A stretch of 64,000 nt of DNA from Eledone cirrhosa (taxonomy: Eukaryota), in NCBI GenBank assembly GCA_964016885.1, contig CAXHJY010001226.1, forward strand, positions 1-64,000, given 5' to 3'. How positions within the stretch are numbered: the first letter of the stretch is position 1; each line of letters starts with the position of its first letter. Below the pieces are notes generated by a model. That model was not told the DNA's origin. It saw only the letters and a list, made by a program, of their open reading frames with translations, and did not search any database. A program made the position numbers and the translations under genes. Below are positions 36,839 to 49,068 of this stretch, piece after piece.

Positions 36839-37461
36839 GTCCACACGTGTAGTCGCCTGATTCAAGTGTAAACAGACCGTTAATAACTACGGAGGGCTAT
36901 CGGGGCCAAAACGTTATTTTTGGGATAATAACAACGACCGTCAATATATGGAAGGCCGATTGTGCTAGAAAGACTACAACACCGGGCAAGAGCTCCCCGA
37001 AGTCAGCCTGTAGATCTTAAACCACAGAATAGGAGGGTAACACGTGCATGTGCTACGTATCTACTGCTCACGGCGAGATGGCACAGGTCCGCTCACAGTT
37101 ACAGGCTAGATTTCCATTTGTGCAACTTATAGCGCAGTACACGCTCTACATAGATATATTACATCATAACTCATGCGCATACAGAGGTACAGATCCGTAA
37201 AATACACGTTGGGATAGACCCACCAATGCACTAAGGGTGGCTAGGCGAGCGTGGATGGGTCACATCCACTGTGCCAAACAGGGGTGCTTATTAACATACA
37301 CACCAACTCACCTGTACACCTCAATATCCAGATCAATATTCTCTCGCAGGCATACATATACACACACAAACTCATATACATGGAAGACAAACAATAGGAA
37401 ACAATTACACACAATAAGAGACAGTTACACAAGATAGCCCAACTGGAGAATTAAGAAAGTG

Positions 37462-38113
37462 CTAGCTAATAGGTTTAAAGTAGAAGAAAGAGCTTAATAT
37501 TCGGTGGGGGCAAGAGGAAAATATTTCTGACTTTCTGTTTAGTAGAGAGCATTTAGCAAATATAATAGAGTGGGATTCAGTAAGGCATAGGTTACATACT
37601 CTATTATGAGGAGTATATGGATGGGATTTAGCAACCTGCCGCCAAGTGAGGGTGTAATGTGTTCGTGCATTTTTTAAGTTGTGGACGTACGCTGCCAAGG
37701 AGGTGGAATTCCTCAGTTTATTGTGTCTAAAAGTGCACTGGTGAGAGTTAAACCTGGTTTTAAAGGGGGTGGAAGTTGATCCTATATAAGTTTTAGTGGA
37801 CGCCGTAGGTACCACATCACACGCGTAAACTATGTTTCTAATAAGGCAGAAACCATTCAGGGGGCAGCCCGAAGCCCTTCTACAGTTACAATTTCTGGTG
37901 ATGCTATTCTCAGAATGATCACCAGCTTGCTGACCACGTGTGTCTAGGCTCCCTCTGTCCACTACCATGTTTTCCCCTAGGCTTAGGTTGTCCAGGCCTT
38001 CCTTAATTTTCCTATTATTAGTATTGGCTAGATGAGAGGCCAGATTTTGGGTTGTAGAATACGAAAGTTTAACAACATTCTTATTGAGGATAGAGTGGTA
38101 CCTATTACCAGGA
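37462..38113 (-). CDS. PLE C-terminal Cys-rich linker and GIY-YIG endonuclease (fragment)
   Basis: RYHSILNKNVVKLSYS, CNCRRASGCPLNGFC, IVY...YIGST..FKTRFNSH, CNLCLTE, LN.K.E...CPH. Confidence 0.88.
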
Positions 38114-38192
38114 GGTAATAGGTACCACATCCCCATATATATTCTTCTGTCTTGGCTTTGTTATTGCTTGTGTAATATGTAATCACTCTTTA

Positions 38193-38238
38193 TGCTCTGA
38201 TGAGTCCCACTTATAGTGTGGACGAAACATTGTCAGCA
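38193..38238 (+). ncRNA. Minimal type I hammerhead ribozyme (PLE1, inverted copy)
   Basis: TGCT-CTGATGA-GTCCCAC ttata GTGTGGAC-GAAAC att GTC^AGCA. Confidence 0.88.
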
Positions 38239-38280
38239 AGTAAAGATATACCTATGCTCTAAGCGTTCTTTGTTGTTGAT

Positions 38281-38331
<51 letters not shown>

Positions 38332-38398
38332 GTAAATATATATATATGTATATATATATATGTATATATATATGTATATATATGTGTATATATATATG

Positions 38399-38433
<35 letters not shown>

Positions 38434-38501
38434 GTATATGTATATATGTATATATATATGTGTATATATATATGTGTATATATATATGTATATATATATA
38501 T

Positions 38502-39384
38502 GCTTATACCACTATTAGCTTATACCACTATTAGCCGCTAAAGGGTTCTCCCTAAAAATGAAAGTCAGGTTGTATGATGCCTGCATACGAACAGCAATGT
38601 TACATGGCAGTGAGACCTGGGCATTGTGTGCAGAGGATATACGCAGACTAGAGAGGAACGAAGCTTGCATGCTCCGCTGGATGTGTAATAGTAATATACG
38701 TGAACGGCAAAGCATAAACGAACTAAGGAAAAAATTAGAAATAAGAGGGATCAGATGTTGTTTACTCGAGAGAAGGCTACGTTGGTATGGACACGTGATG
38801 CGCATTTAAGTCGATAGCTGTATAACAAAGTGCAGGGCAATAAAGATAGACGGTAGCCACGGAATAGGCAGACCTAGAAAAACCTGGGACGAGCTGATAA
38901 ACTCCGACCTCACACACTTACACCTCTCCAAGACAATGTCACTGGACCGAGACCTTTGGCGGTACTCAGTAATAGAGAAGACCCGCCTTACCTAAATACA
39001 TAGTAAAACCTACTACAGTCAGTAGGCATCTCTAACAAAATACACCCCCGTCCCACCACCCCCACCCCATCCATACCGCCCCCTTCTATGTAAAGTTGTG
39101 TTGGTGCCACACCATCCAGGCCGAAACAAATGAGATCGTGTAGGTGTCACGACAAAAAAACACACAGTCCACGCTGTAATGTGGCCGTGTAGGCAACACG
39201 GTAAAAACCTCCCAGACCCACACTGTAAATGTGGTTGGTGTTAGGAAGGGCAACCAACTGTAGAAAACCTGCCAGACAGTCCTATGCGAGCAAGACAATC
39301 ACTCTTGCTTCAAGTGGGACTACCCCCATCCAAACCCATGCAAGCGTGGAAAACGCACGTTAAACGTTGATGATGATGATGATG

Positions 39385-39386
<2 letters not shown>
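38502..39386 (+). mobile_element. RTE-A copy 4, heavily 5'-truncated
   Basis: C-terminal ORF segment, 3'UTR and (GAT)n; a 16-bp duplication GCTTATACCACTATTA lies at the 5' junction. Confidence 0.92.
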
Positions 39387-39473
<87 letters not shown>

Positions 39474-39514
39474 AATATGTATATTTTTTTTTTATTTTAT
39501 AGAAGGAACTTCTA

Positions 39515-39551
39515 CAGGACTAGTACTGTTTCATTCAGATGAAATCTTCAG
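39515..39551 (-). ncRNA. Truncated hammerhead ribozyme (PLE-end remnant 39484-39551)
   Basis: rc CTGAAGA-TTTC atct GAAT-GAAAC AGTACTA GTC^CTG; the 5' strand of stem I is replaced by RTE sequence. Confidence 0.65.
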
Positions 39552-42089
39552 TGGGAATTTCTGAAAGCAAACCTGCTGATGGCGACAGACGAAGTCTGTG
39601 GCTGGAGCAGGACTGTAGGCAGGAGGAGAGTAACATGGTGGTGGAACAGTAAGGTGGAGGGGTCAATTAAGGCCAAAAAGTAGGCTTGGAAAGTATGGCG
39701 GGATGGGGGAAGTAGAGAAGACTATCAAGTGGCCAGGAGGGAAGCTAGGAGACAAGTGTACTTAGCAAGAAGGGAAGCTGAGGAAAGAAAGTTCAAGCAT
39801 GTTCTACAACGCGAGGACCAAAAACGTGAGGTGTTCAGGATTGCTAGGCAATGCGTCAAGGAAAACCGTGATATTGTCGGGGAGAAGTGTGTACTTAACG
39901 ATGATGGCATACTTGCCATCACCGATGCTGATAAGAAGGTAGCTTGGAAGTGTCACTATGAAAGGCTACTAAATGAGGAGAATAAATGGGAGAAAGACAG
40001 TCTCCCCCACATCGACCCAATAGAGTGACCAGCAGTGTTAGTCGAGGGGAGTATAATAAGTAAGGCAATCAAGGATATGAAAACGGGTAAGGCGGCTGGG
40101 CCTTCGGAAATAGTTGCTGAGATGCTGAAGGCATCTGGCACGGTGGGACAACCCATGGTCACCCGCATAGTTAACCAAGTCGTACAGAATGGGGTTGTTC
40201 CGAAGGACTGGCATAGCAGCATCATCGTTAACTGTTATGAGGGTAAAGGAGACGCCCTAGATAGGAGTAACTATAGAGGCATTAAATTAATCGACCAGGT
40301 CATGAAGGTCACGGAAAAAGTAATAGCGCAACTAATCAGAGAGAGAATTGAGCTAGATGAAATGCAGTTCGGGTTTGTGTCAGGCAAAAGTACCACAGAC
40401 GCTCTTTTCATTGTACGACAACTACAGGAGAAGTACCTAGCTGAAGGTAAACCCCTCTACTTAGCTTTTGTCGACTTGGAGAAAGCCTTCGACAGAGTCC
40501 CCCGCTCCATTATCTGGTGGGCTCTTAGAAAACTAGGCGTTGACGAATGGCTTGTGAGAGCTATACAAGCCATGTATAAAGAAACAGTCAGCAAGGTTAG
40601 AATTAACAACGAATATAGTGAAGAGTTTAGCGTAAAAGTTGGCGTCCATCAGGGCTCTGTTCTCAGCCCCCTACTATTTATTATTGCCCTTCAGGCTATA
40701 ACAGAGGAGTTCAAGACCGGCTGCCCATGGGAACTCCTATACGCAGACAACCTGACACTCATAGCGGAATCAATGGCCGAGCTAGAGAAGAAATTCCAAA
40801 CATGGAAGCATGGCCTAGAATCAAAAGGACTTAAAATTAACCTGGCTAAGACTAAAGTTCTAGTTTGTAGGAAAGAAAATAAGGCGGCGGTCCCTTCTGG
40901 GAAATGGTCGTGCTCGGTGTGTAGGAAAGGCGTAGGTAGAAACTCCATTTTATGTCCTAAATGCAAAGTATGGGTGCATAAAAGATGTAGTGGGATCACA
41001 GGTAAGCTAACTAAGAACATAGATTTTACATGTGGCCGGTCCTCTGGTGCAATAAGTAGCAGCAAGTGCCCACAAAATACTAGCTCTTTAAATTGCGCAG
41101 AGGGTTCTATAGAAATAGTGGACAGCTTCCGTTACCTGGGCGATAAAATCAGCAGTGGGGGAGGGTGCTCTGAAAGTACAGTAGCTAGAGTCAGAACTGG
41201 TTGGAAAAAGTTCAGAGAGCTTATACCACTATTAGCTGCTAAAGGGTTATCCCTAAAAATGAAAGGCAGGTTGTACGATGCCTGCATACGAACAGCAATG
41301 TTGCATGGCAGTGAGACCTGGGCATTGTGTGCAGAGGATATACGCAGACTAGAGAGGAACGAAGCTTGCATGCTCCGCTGGATGTGTAACAGTAATATAC
41401 GTGAACGGCAAAGCATAAACGAACTAAGGAAAAAATAAGTAATAAGAGGGATCAGATGTTGTTTACTCGAGAGAAGGCTACGTTGGTATGGACACGTGAT
41501 GCGCATGAAAGTCGATAGCTGTATAACAAAGTGCAGGGCAATAAAGATAGACGGTAGCCACGGAATAGGCAGACCTAGAAAAACCTGGGACGAGCTGATA
41601 AACTCCGACCTCACACACTTACACCTCTCCAAGACAATGTCACTGGACCGAGACCTTTGGCGGTACTCAGTAACAGAGAAGACCCGCCTTACCTAAATAC
41701 ATAGTAAAACCTACTACAGCCAGTAGGCATCTCTAACAAAATACACCCCGTCCCACCACCACCACCACCACCCCATCCACACCACCCCGTTCTATGTAAA
41801 GTTATGTTGGTGCCGCGCCATCCAGGCCGAAACAAATGAGATCGTGTAGGTGTCACGACAAAAAAACACACAGTCCACGCTGTAATGTGGCCGTGTAGGC
41901 AACACGGTAAAAACCTCCCAGACCCACACTGTAAATGTGGTTGGTGTTAGGAAGGGCATCCAACTGTAGAAAACCTGCCAGACAGTCCTATGCGAGCAAG
42001 ACAATCACTCTTGCCTCAAGTGGGACTACCCCCGTCCAAACCCATGCAAGCGTGGAACACGGACGTTAAACGTTGATGATGATGATGAT
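39549..42089 (+). mobile_element. RTE-A copy 5, 5'-truncated, inactivated
   Basis: Several stops; YADD mutated to YADN; (GAT)n tail. Confidence 0.92.
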
Positions 42090-42113
42090 ACGTATATATA
42101 TATATATATATAC

Positions 42114-42145
<32 letters not shown>

Positions 42146-42149
<4 letters not shown>

Positions 42150-42360
42150 AGTAAGTATGTTTTGAAACAGTGAGCGAGTTTGAAATTAGAAAATATATAG
42201 CTTTCACCGTATTTTTGACTAAAGGAATTTTAGCTTGATAACGGGGTTTAGAACCCTCAGATAATACTCATCTTTTTCCATTTATCTGAGGGTTCTAAAC
42301 TCCGTTATCAAGCTAAAATTCCTTTAGTCAAAAATACGGTGAAAGCTATATATTTTCTAA
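42146..42360. repeat. Foldback element: 79-bp inverted repeat, 17-nt spacer, one-sided 40-nt extension
   Basis: 42186-42264 is the rc of 42282-42360 with one mismatch; (TA)n on both sides. Confidence 0.9.
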
Positions 42361-42361
42361 C

Positions 42362-42393
<32 letters not shown>

Positions 42394-42395
42394 GT

Positions 42396-43483
42396 AAGAA
42401 AAGCACCCAGCCCACACTGTAAAGTGGACGTGTAGGCGCCACGAAAAAGCACCCAGCACTCACTGTAAATGAGGTTGGTGTTAGGAAGGGCATCCACCTG
42501 TAGAAATCAAGCCAAATCAGTTCCTGTATGAGCAAGGCATGGTCAGCCGACCAGACACTGCCCACAACAGGACAACCCGTCTGTAGAAACAGTAGACAGC
42601 TTCTGCTACCTAGGTGACCGAATTAGCAGCGGAGGTGGGTGTTCAGAAAGTACAATAATTAGGGTAAGAACGGGATGGAAGAAGTTCAGGGAGCTACTGC
42701 CACTGCGAGCTGCAAAAGGCTTTTCCCTCAAAATGAAAGGCAGACTGTATGATGTGTGTATACAAACAGCAATGTTACATGGTAGTGAGACCTGGGCGCT
42801 GAAGCTGGAAGACTTACGAAGATTAGAAAGAAACGAAACCTGCATGCTCCGATGGATGTGTAATAGTAATATACGCGAACGGCAAAGCATAAATGAATTG
42901 AGAGAGATACTGAGCATAAGAAATCAAATGCTGTGTGCAGGAGAGGCGGTTGCATTGGTATGGACATGTGATGCGTATGAAGGATGACAACTGCATAAAA
43001 AGGTGCAGAGCACTAGAAGTCAATGGAAACCACGGAGTGGGGAGACCTAAGAAAACCTGGGATGAGGTGATAAAAGCCGACCTTACCGAATTACACCTCT
43101 CAAAGGCGATGACACACGACCGTGACCTCTGGCGTCACGCAGTAATACAGGGTACCTGACCTCCCATGGCTACAAGCCGAAGCTGAAGCATATAGACAAT
43201 ATGCTCCCACACCCTCCCACTCAAGGTGTTCGTGGAGGTGCCACGGCAAAAAAGCACCCAGCCCACACTGTAAAGTGGACGTGTAGGCGCCATGGAAAAA
43301 AAGCACCCAGCACTCACTGTAAATGAGCTTGGTGTTAGGAAGGGCATCCAGCTGTAGAAATCAAGCCAGAATCAGTTCCTGTATAAGCAAAACAAGGTCA
43401 GCCGACCAGACACTGCCCACAACAGGACAACCCGTCTAACCCATGCTAGCGTGGAAGAATGGACCTAAAACGGTGATGATGAT
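42396..43483 (+). mobile_element. RTE family B, 5'-truncated, preceded by a duplicate of its own 3'UTR
   Basis: ORF remnant related to RTE-A (MKGRLYDVCIQTAMLHGSETW); 42396-42582 duplicates ~43248-43437; (GAT)n tail. Confidence 0.88.
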
Positions 43484-43504
43484 ATATATATATATGTATA
43501 TATG

Positions 43505-43535
<31 letters not shown>

Positions 43536-43575
43536 TCTTAATAATTTTGAATAAATATATATATATATATATATA

Positions 43576-44246
43576 ATAATGAAATGACAGGAGGCTGGAT
43601 TTGTGTAAATCCTTGAAAGGTTTATTATACTATGATCATTTCAATGACAGGGTTCCGTATGAATCCGGTGATATCATCAGGTATTCGACCTTTCCTCCTC
43701 TTTCTTTCTGTCTTCTTATAGCTGACATTAACACTGACTTCTCTTCTTCCTTTTCTTCCTTCCCCCTTCTTCTCTCTTCTTTCTTTCTTTTTTCTTGTGG
43801 CATGATATTAACGCTGACTTATGTTCCTATTCCTTTCTGTTTTCCTTTATTTGACCGGTAGTAACACACTGTAAGGTTTAGCCACGTCACTTGAGGGCGA
43901 CCGGCAAAGGTGGAAGATGCTGGATGGCGGTCGTCCTCGGGTCTTTGATTTTCAGCCCCATGGATTTTATCTATTACATTCACTTATTATATTTCGAATA
44001 CCTGATGATATCACCGGATTCATACGGAACCCGGTCATTGAAATGATCATAGTATAATAAACCTATCAAGGATTTACACAAGTCCAGCCTCCTGTCATTT
44101 CATTATAATATTTAACTCCGTACTCGAACCACCAACTACAAAAACAAAGACGGTTGAACTGCTTTACATTGAGTACTCTCCATATTATTACATTAAGATT
44201 GACCATACGGAATTGACCTGTTCTATCCAGTGGTGAACCTCAAACC

Positions 44247-44250
<4 letters not shown>
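43576..44250 (+). mobile_element. Non-coding mini-PLE with 113-bp inverted repeats and a 3' tail
   Basis: 43576-43688 is the rc of 43994-44106; tail to 44250; (TA)n on both sides; HHR in each repeat. Confidence 0.82.
43998..44055 (+). ncRNA. Minimal type I hammerhead ribozyme (mirror copy 43627-43684, minus strand)
   Basis: ATAC-CTGATGA-..ACCGG..CCGGT..-GAAAT GATC ATA^GTAT; palindromic GAUC loop in stem III. Confidence 0.82.
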
Positions 44251-44278
<28 letters not shown>

Positions 44279-44920
44279 CTTCGTTTTTGTAATTGTTTTG
44301 CAAGATTTCTTACCTGAAAACGTGTGTTGAAACAGATACTGTTATACTTTGGGAGAGTCATGCTGTCAATAAAAACACTCACGCCTGTTGGTTTTCACTT
44401 CAATCTATTATAAACTTCCAGTTGGTTAGTTTAGTAACCGGATGGTTGTTTATTTGTTTATTGTCAAAGCTCTTTCACACATTTTGTGATCTCCTCAGTG
44501 ACTAATGAGGCAATAGCTCCTTGAACCTTATCCTCCTTATTCTTGTTATTCTAATCAATATGCTTTCAGAACATCCTCCTTCACTACTAATTAGGTCACT
44601 TAGCTAAGGGAAGCTATTAATCACTTCTTTGGAGCTTTACTTTGGCTATTATAACTTAAATATTTAGCATTTAATCTGCTGAAAATTCAAATTGAGTATC
44701 AATTGAATAGTCACACCTGGATGGGGGAAAGAAAGGGATGACAAAGGTCAAGAGAATGGCTTTGTCTCTTACTCCCCCTCCTTAGGCTTAATTTTTTTTT
44801 AATGTGGTAGGTGACCAACGAAATTGCAGGTATTTTAACTGTACATTTGTTGGGGTGAAAGTTGGAGTAAATATGGTCTCAGAAGGTATAGATTAATATG
44901 ATGCTTTATCATTTGTAAAT

Positions 44921-45241
44921 AAAGGTGCATCGCTTACTGGTTAAGGTGTTGGGCTCACAGTAGTGAAGTTATGAGTTGGATTCCTGAACCAGGTGATGTG
45001 TTGTGTCTTTGAGCAAGACACTATTTCATGTTCTCCAGCTGTAGAAATGAGTTGTGATGTCACTGGTGCCAAGCTGTAGCCACCTTTGCCTTTCAACACC
45101 AGTGACATGGAGAGAGGAGACTGGCATGCATGGACAATTGCTGATCTTCCAGAAAAACACCTTGCTTAGGTTTGTGTTTCAGAGAGGAACTTTCTAAGTA
45201 CAAAGCCATAGTCAACCACGACTGAAGGGTGTCACCTTACC
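44921..45241 (+). mobile_element. Degenerate tRNA-derived SINE
   Basis: A/B-box-like head (GCTTACTGGTTAAGG...GAGTTGGATTCCT) followed by a TGTGTCTTTGAGCAAGACACT core. Confidence 0.65.
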
Positions 45242-45393
45242 ATCTGTGCTACTTGAGATGTCAAACATATCAATGGCCTTTCTTCTGTTACACCAATCTC
45301 TGGTCTAAAGAGTTTTACAAGAGTTGAAGAAATAAAGAGGATCAGACATACAAGGAGAAAAAACAAACAAAATACATGAAGACTCCCACTCAC

Positions 45394-45449
45394 CTAACAT
45401 TTGCATAAACGCGAAAGTGTTGGAACGGCACTTTTCTGTGACATGACAC
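45394..45449 (-). CDS. Host gene exon (56 nt) following the PH domain
   Basis: ttttatattcctgcag|GTGTCA...GTTAG|gtgagt; reads VSCHRKVPFQHFRVYANV in phase with the upstream exon. Confidence 0.7.
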
Positions 45450-46700
45450 CTGCAGGAATATAAAATAATCAACATAAACATCATATACACAGGCTGGAGA
45501 GAAATGAAGCAAGCATGTACAATGAGAGTGTGAGAAAAAGGCTTAGCTTGGATGAACTGAGGGAAAAGCTGGGTTTAAAATGGGAGAAGACTGCGTTGGT
45601 ACAGACATGTGATACGCAAGTCTTCTATGGTCTACCTCTTCTGCACCCTCCACTGGGATTTTCTGGCACGATACAGAATGAAAGCAGATTTTAACCTTTC
45701 TAATGACTACCTTGCAGTAATATCAGTTGGAGGTGAAAGACTAATTTAGAGAATTAACATGGCATATCATATTGCATAGCAATAAACTATTAAAGCTTGT
45801 CACATCTAGTAGAATGCTTTAGTGGTGTTAGTGTAGCCAATGATTTGTAGTAGTGGTGCCTTTATGGTGGTGATGGTTTTTAGTGGCTACATTGTTATTA
45901 GTGATTGCAGTGGAATTAGTGTTGCTGTTGTTGTTTGGTCCATGCCTACCTATTACCAAAGACATTCTAGTCGTGACCATACCATCTTTTATTTTAAAAT
46001 TGTATCTAGAACTACATTATTTATAGATAAAAAGATGAGAGCAACTTGATAGTCTAAACATTGTACACAACATCCAGAAGAGGAAGCATCAAAGCTGATC
46101 TTGTGAGATCCATGGCACAGAATGGGAAAAAAAGGTGGACATTGTGTCACATACACTGAAGCAGGATACTGAGCTGGAGTCTCCAGGAATTCAAGATGGT
46201 AATGATGAACAAATAAGTGCAGAAAAATGACTGTTTGCTTTGGTCAAATGCTAATAATTAACTAAAGTAACATAATAAATAGATTTGGTGGCTGATATTA
46301 GTAGAGTTAATATGTTAAACATCCACTAACAACAGCAGTATTTAGTGATGAGAACATTTATTATTGATGCTGTTAGATGATAATAGCAAAAATATTAGAG
46401 ATATTAGTAGTGTTGTTATTGTTGGTGATGTTAACATTATTACATTACAGGTGGCTTAACAAGTTACATTACAGGTTTTGATATCAAACCACCCTAAAAC
46501 ACTTTAATTAAAGTGGTCAAATTTAAATTCAAATCTTGAACTAAAATCTCACTATTACATGGCAGTTAATATTAGATTTCAGTGGTTAATTATTAAATTG
46601 AAAATTAGTTATTGTACTGGACCTCTTATGATTCTTGATTATCTTGATCATTAAAACACAAAGGCAGTATATTCTTGTTAGAAATACAACCACAAAAATG

Positions 46701-46945
46701 TTTACCCCTTTGAACTAAACCATCAAAACTACTCTGGTTTTATGATACAAAACTTCTTGTTTTGAAGTGTTTGTATTTATTTAAAATCCTTCCATCCTAA
46801 TTCTATGTAAGAACGTTTGTTATGTTCCAAACACCAGGCGAAAAAATGAGAAAGTATTAAATCCTTCCACATTCTTAATTATTTTCAAAAATATTTGCAA
46901 CTCTTAAGCAGTAAGTTTCACCAGAAATATGGACCAAAGAGCTAA
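46701..46945. mobile_element. Degenerate piggyBac-type MITE (same family as 62883 and 63452)
   Basis: Internal similarity to the other two copies; decayed CCCTTT/AAAGGG ends. Confidence 0.55.
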
Positions 46946-47044
46946 AGCTAAATTTTACTGCTACATGACAACCTGAACAATTATGGAGTCCCAGAAACTA
47001 ATAAAGCGCTGTTAGTATATAGAAAGTGAATGTAATAAACAAAC

Positions 47045-47173
47045 CTGTTTTATAGTACTAAGAGAGCGAATCACTGCACCAATAGCATGTGCCCACTGAT
47101 TCCTTTCTTCTTCCCCAGCAGCCTGAAGATAAATTTCCCGATCTCCAGAAGGCATACATACTTTGAATGTCCC
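47045..47173 (-). CDS. Host gene exon (129 nt): C-terminal half of a PH domain, pleckstrin-like
   Basis: tcttttttttgtttcag|GGG...CAG|gtttgt; GTFKVCMPSGDREIYLQAAGEEERNQWAHAIGAVIRSL matches the PH beta6-beta7-helix pattern including the conserved Trp. Confidence 0.82.
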
Positions 47174-47249
47174 CTGAAACAAAAAAAAGACTAAGGATTA
47201 GCAAATGTCATCACTTGATTAACAGTGATTTAATTAGTTTTAGTATAAT

Positions 47250-47455
47250 GGTTTCTGATTTAGGCACAAGGCCAGCAATTTTTGAGAAGGGGAAAATTGA
47301 TTAAATCAACCTCAGTGTGTGTGTAATTGGTACTTTATTTTATCGATCCCATAAGGATAAAAGGCAAAGCTAACCTCTGTGGGATTTGAACTCAGAACAA
47401 AAGGGACGTAACTAAGCTGCAAAGCAGGGTGTCTGATGCTCTATCGATACTGCCG
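47250..47455 (-). mobile_element. tRNA-derived SINE with a Deu/Nin-type core
   Basis: B box GTTCAAATCC; core GCCTTT.ATCCTTATGGG.TCGATAAAATAAAGTACCA; homologous to 59736-59920. Confidence 0.75.
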
Positions 47456-48318
47456 AAGTATAAATAATAAAAACCATAAAGAATTCTAATGTTGCATGTT
47501 GATATCCCCCTCTGTTAGGTCACACATTATGAACATCAAAAATTCATGTAAAAACACAAGATCTACAATGACTAAAGAGAAGTTTTATAAGATGTTAGAA
47601 TTGTGATGTTGTGAAGTAAAACATGAAGGGAATCGTGAGTAGAGTAGAAAATGATATGCAAGATTTATTAGATATATGTAATATGAAGTAAAGAAGTTAA
47701 GTGGCAAAATAATTGCTCAATGTATGAAAGAGACTCAGAACCATTGCTATAATTTAACGTGAATATGGATGGAGTATCTTGTGTGACAATGTAATGTCAT
47801 GAAGACTTAGGCAAAATTGGATATCAAAAAATTGGATACCAAAAAACACAACTGACACCCCATGGTGTAGAGATTTTGCCACCCAGGACATTCCTGGAGT
47901 TTTTTTCCACCCCAAATTAAAAAGTAAAACACACACACACACATGCAGACCAAAAATGCTCCATCTCCACCCAAAAATGAAATAACCAAGTTGTTCTGCC
48001 TCCACACACAAACACACATATACATACATACTAACTACGCTACTATATATATATACCATGATGGTGACTTTTGATGAATTTGAGATGGAAAAGGTGAAAT
48101 TAATTATAGCAATGTTTAGATAAAGAAAGTTCTAATTTTAAAGTCTCAAGTAGGGGCTTAAGTACAAAATAGAAGGATAATGAGGGAGCTACATTAATAG
48201 AAGAAAACAGGTAGATGCCAACAAACTAAGTACAGCCACTTTAGATAGTTCTGGATACTGATATATTTTATAGCCAGAAAATGTTGTATGGAGGGGGAGA
48301 GTAAATTTATAGCTTTAA

Positions 48319-48500
48319 ATCATCACCATTTTATGTCTGTTTTTCATAGTGGCATGGGTTGGACAGGTCACCATGATCCAAGAATCACTTCTTGATTTTA
48401 TGTTCTATATTTTGGCATGGGTTCTACGGATGGATGTTCTTCCCAATACCAATCACTTTACAGAGTGTACTGGATGCATTTTTTTGTGACACCAGTATTA
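48319..48500 (-). mobile_element. Old RTE-3'-end-related fragment
   Basis: Diverged match to the RTE 3'UTR (GCATGGGTTGGAC..., GGATG..CTTCC..AC.AA.CACTTTACAG). Confidence 0.5.
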
Positions 48501-49068
48501 ATGGTTTATCAATTATTGTGCCTCCAGCAATTGAGGTGTTATAGTCTCAACAAGACTGAAGAGTCCTCTGTACATTATAATATCTCCATTCGATTATCAT
48601 CCCCTTTACAGAATGTACTGAATTTATTGTCATGGTCCCAAAACAAATATCAAAATAATTATATCACTAAGCTGTTCAATTAAAGTTATTGTACCATATT
48701 GCAAACAAAAATAAATATTCCAGTCTAAAACAAGTTTATTACATTGCTAATATTATTTGGCATGAAGCAAAAATCTCACAAAAATATATTTGGAAGTGTG
48801 ACACACACTCATCTATAACTTTGTGTAGCAAAGAAAATTCTTTTTTAATATATTACGGAATAGTAAACATACAGCTTTTTTGTCCATCTGTCACTGTATG
48901 CTGTGATCTGTCAAAAATGTTGTCTATCTGACACCCCTATCTATCTATCTATCCGCTGCGTTCATAACTAGAAGTGGTGGAGAGGCGGTAAGAGTGTTAA
49001 GCTCGCAGTCACCTCCTCTCACCACCTCATTGAAAGACATCCAAAATGTCGTCAGTTTTGAAAACACG

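Larger units (their letters stand above)
34988..38285 (-). mobile_element. Penelope-like element 1, 5'-truncated, with an inverted pLTR fragment
   Basis: GIY-YIG ORF; long 3' non-coding region with an HHR; 38128-38285 is the rc of 35078-35235; (TA)n on both sides. Confidence 0.85.

Noticed and set aside
45490-46200. Short RTE-like coding remnants at ~45490-45620 and ~46060-46200
   Set aside because: Too degenerate to delimit or classify reliably.
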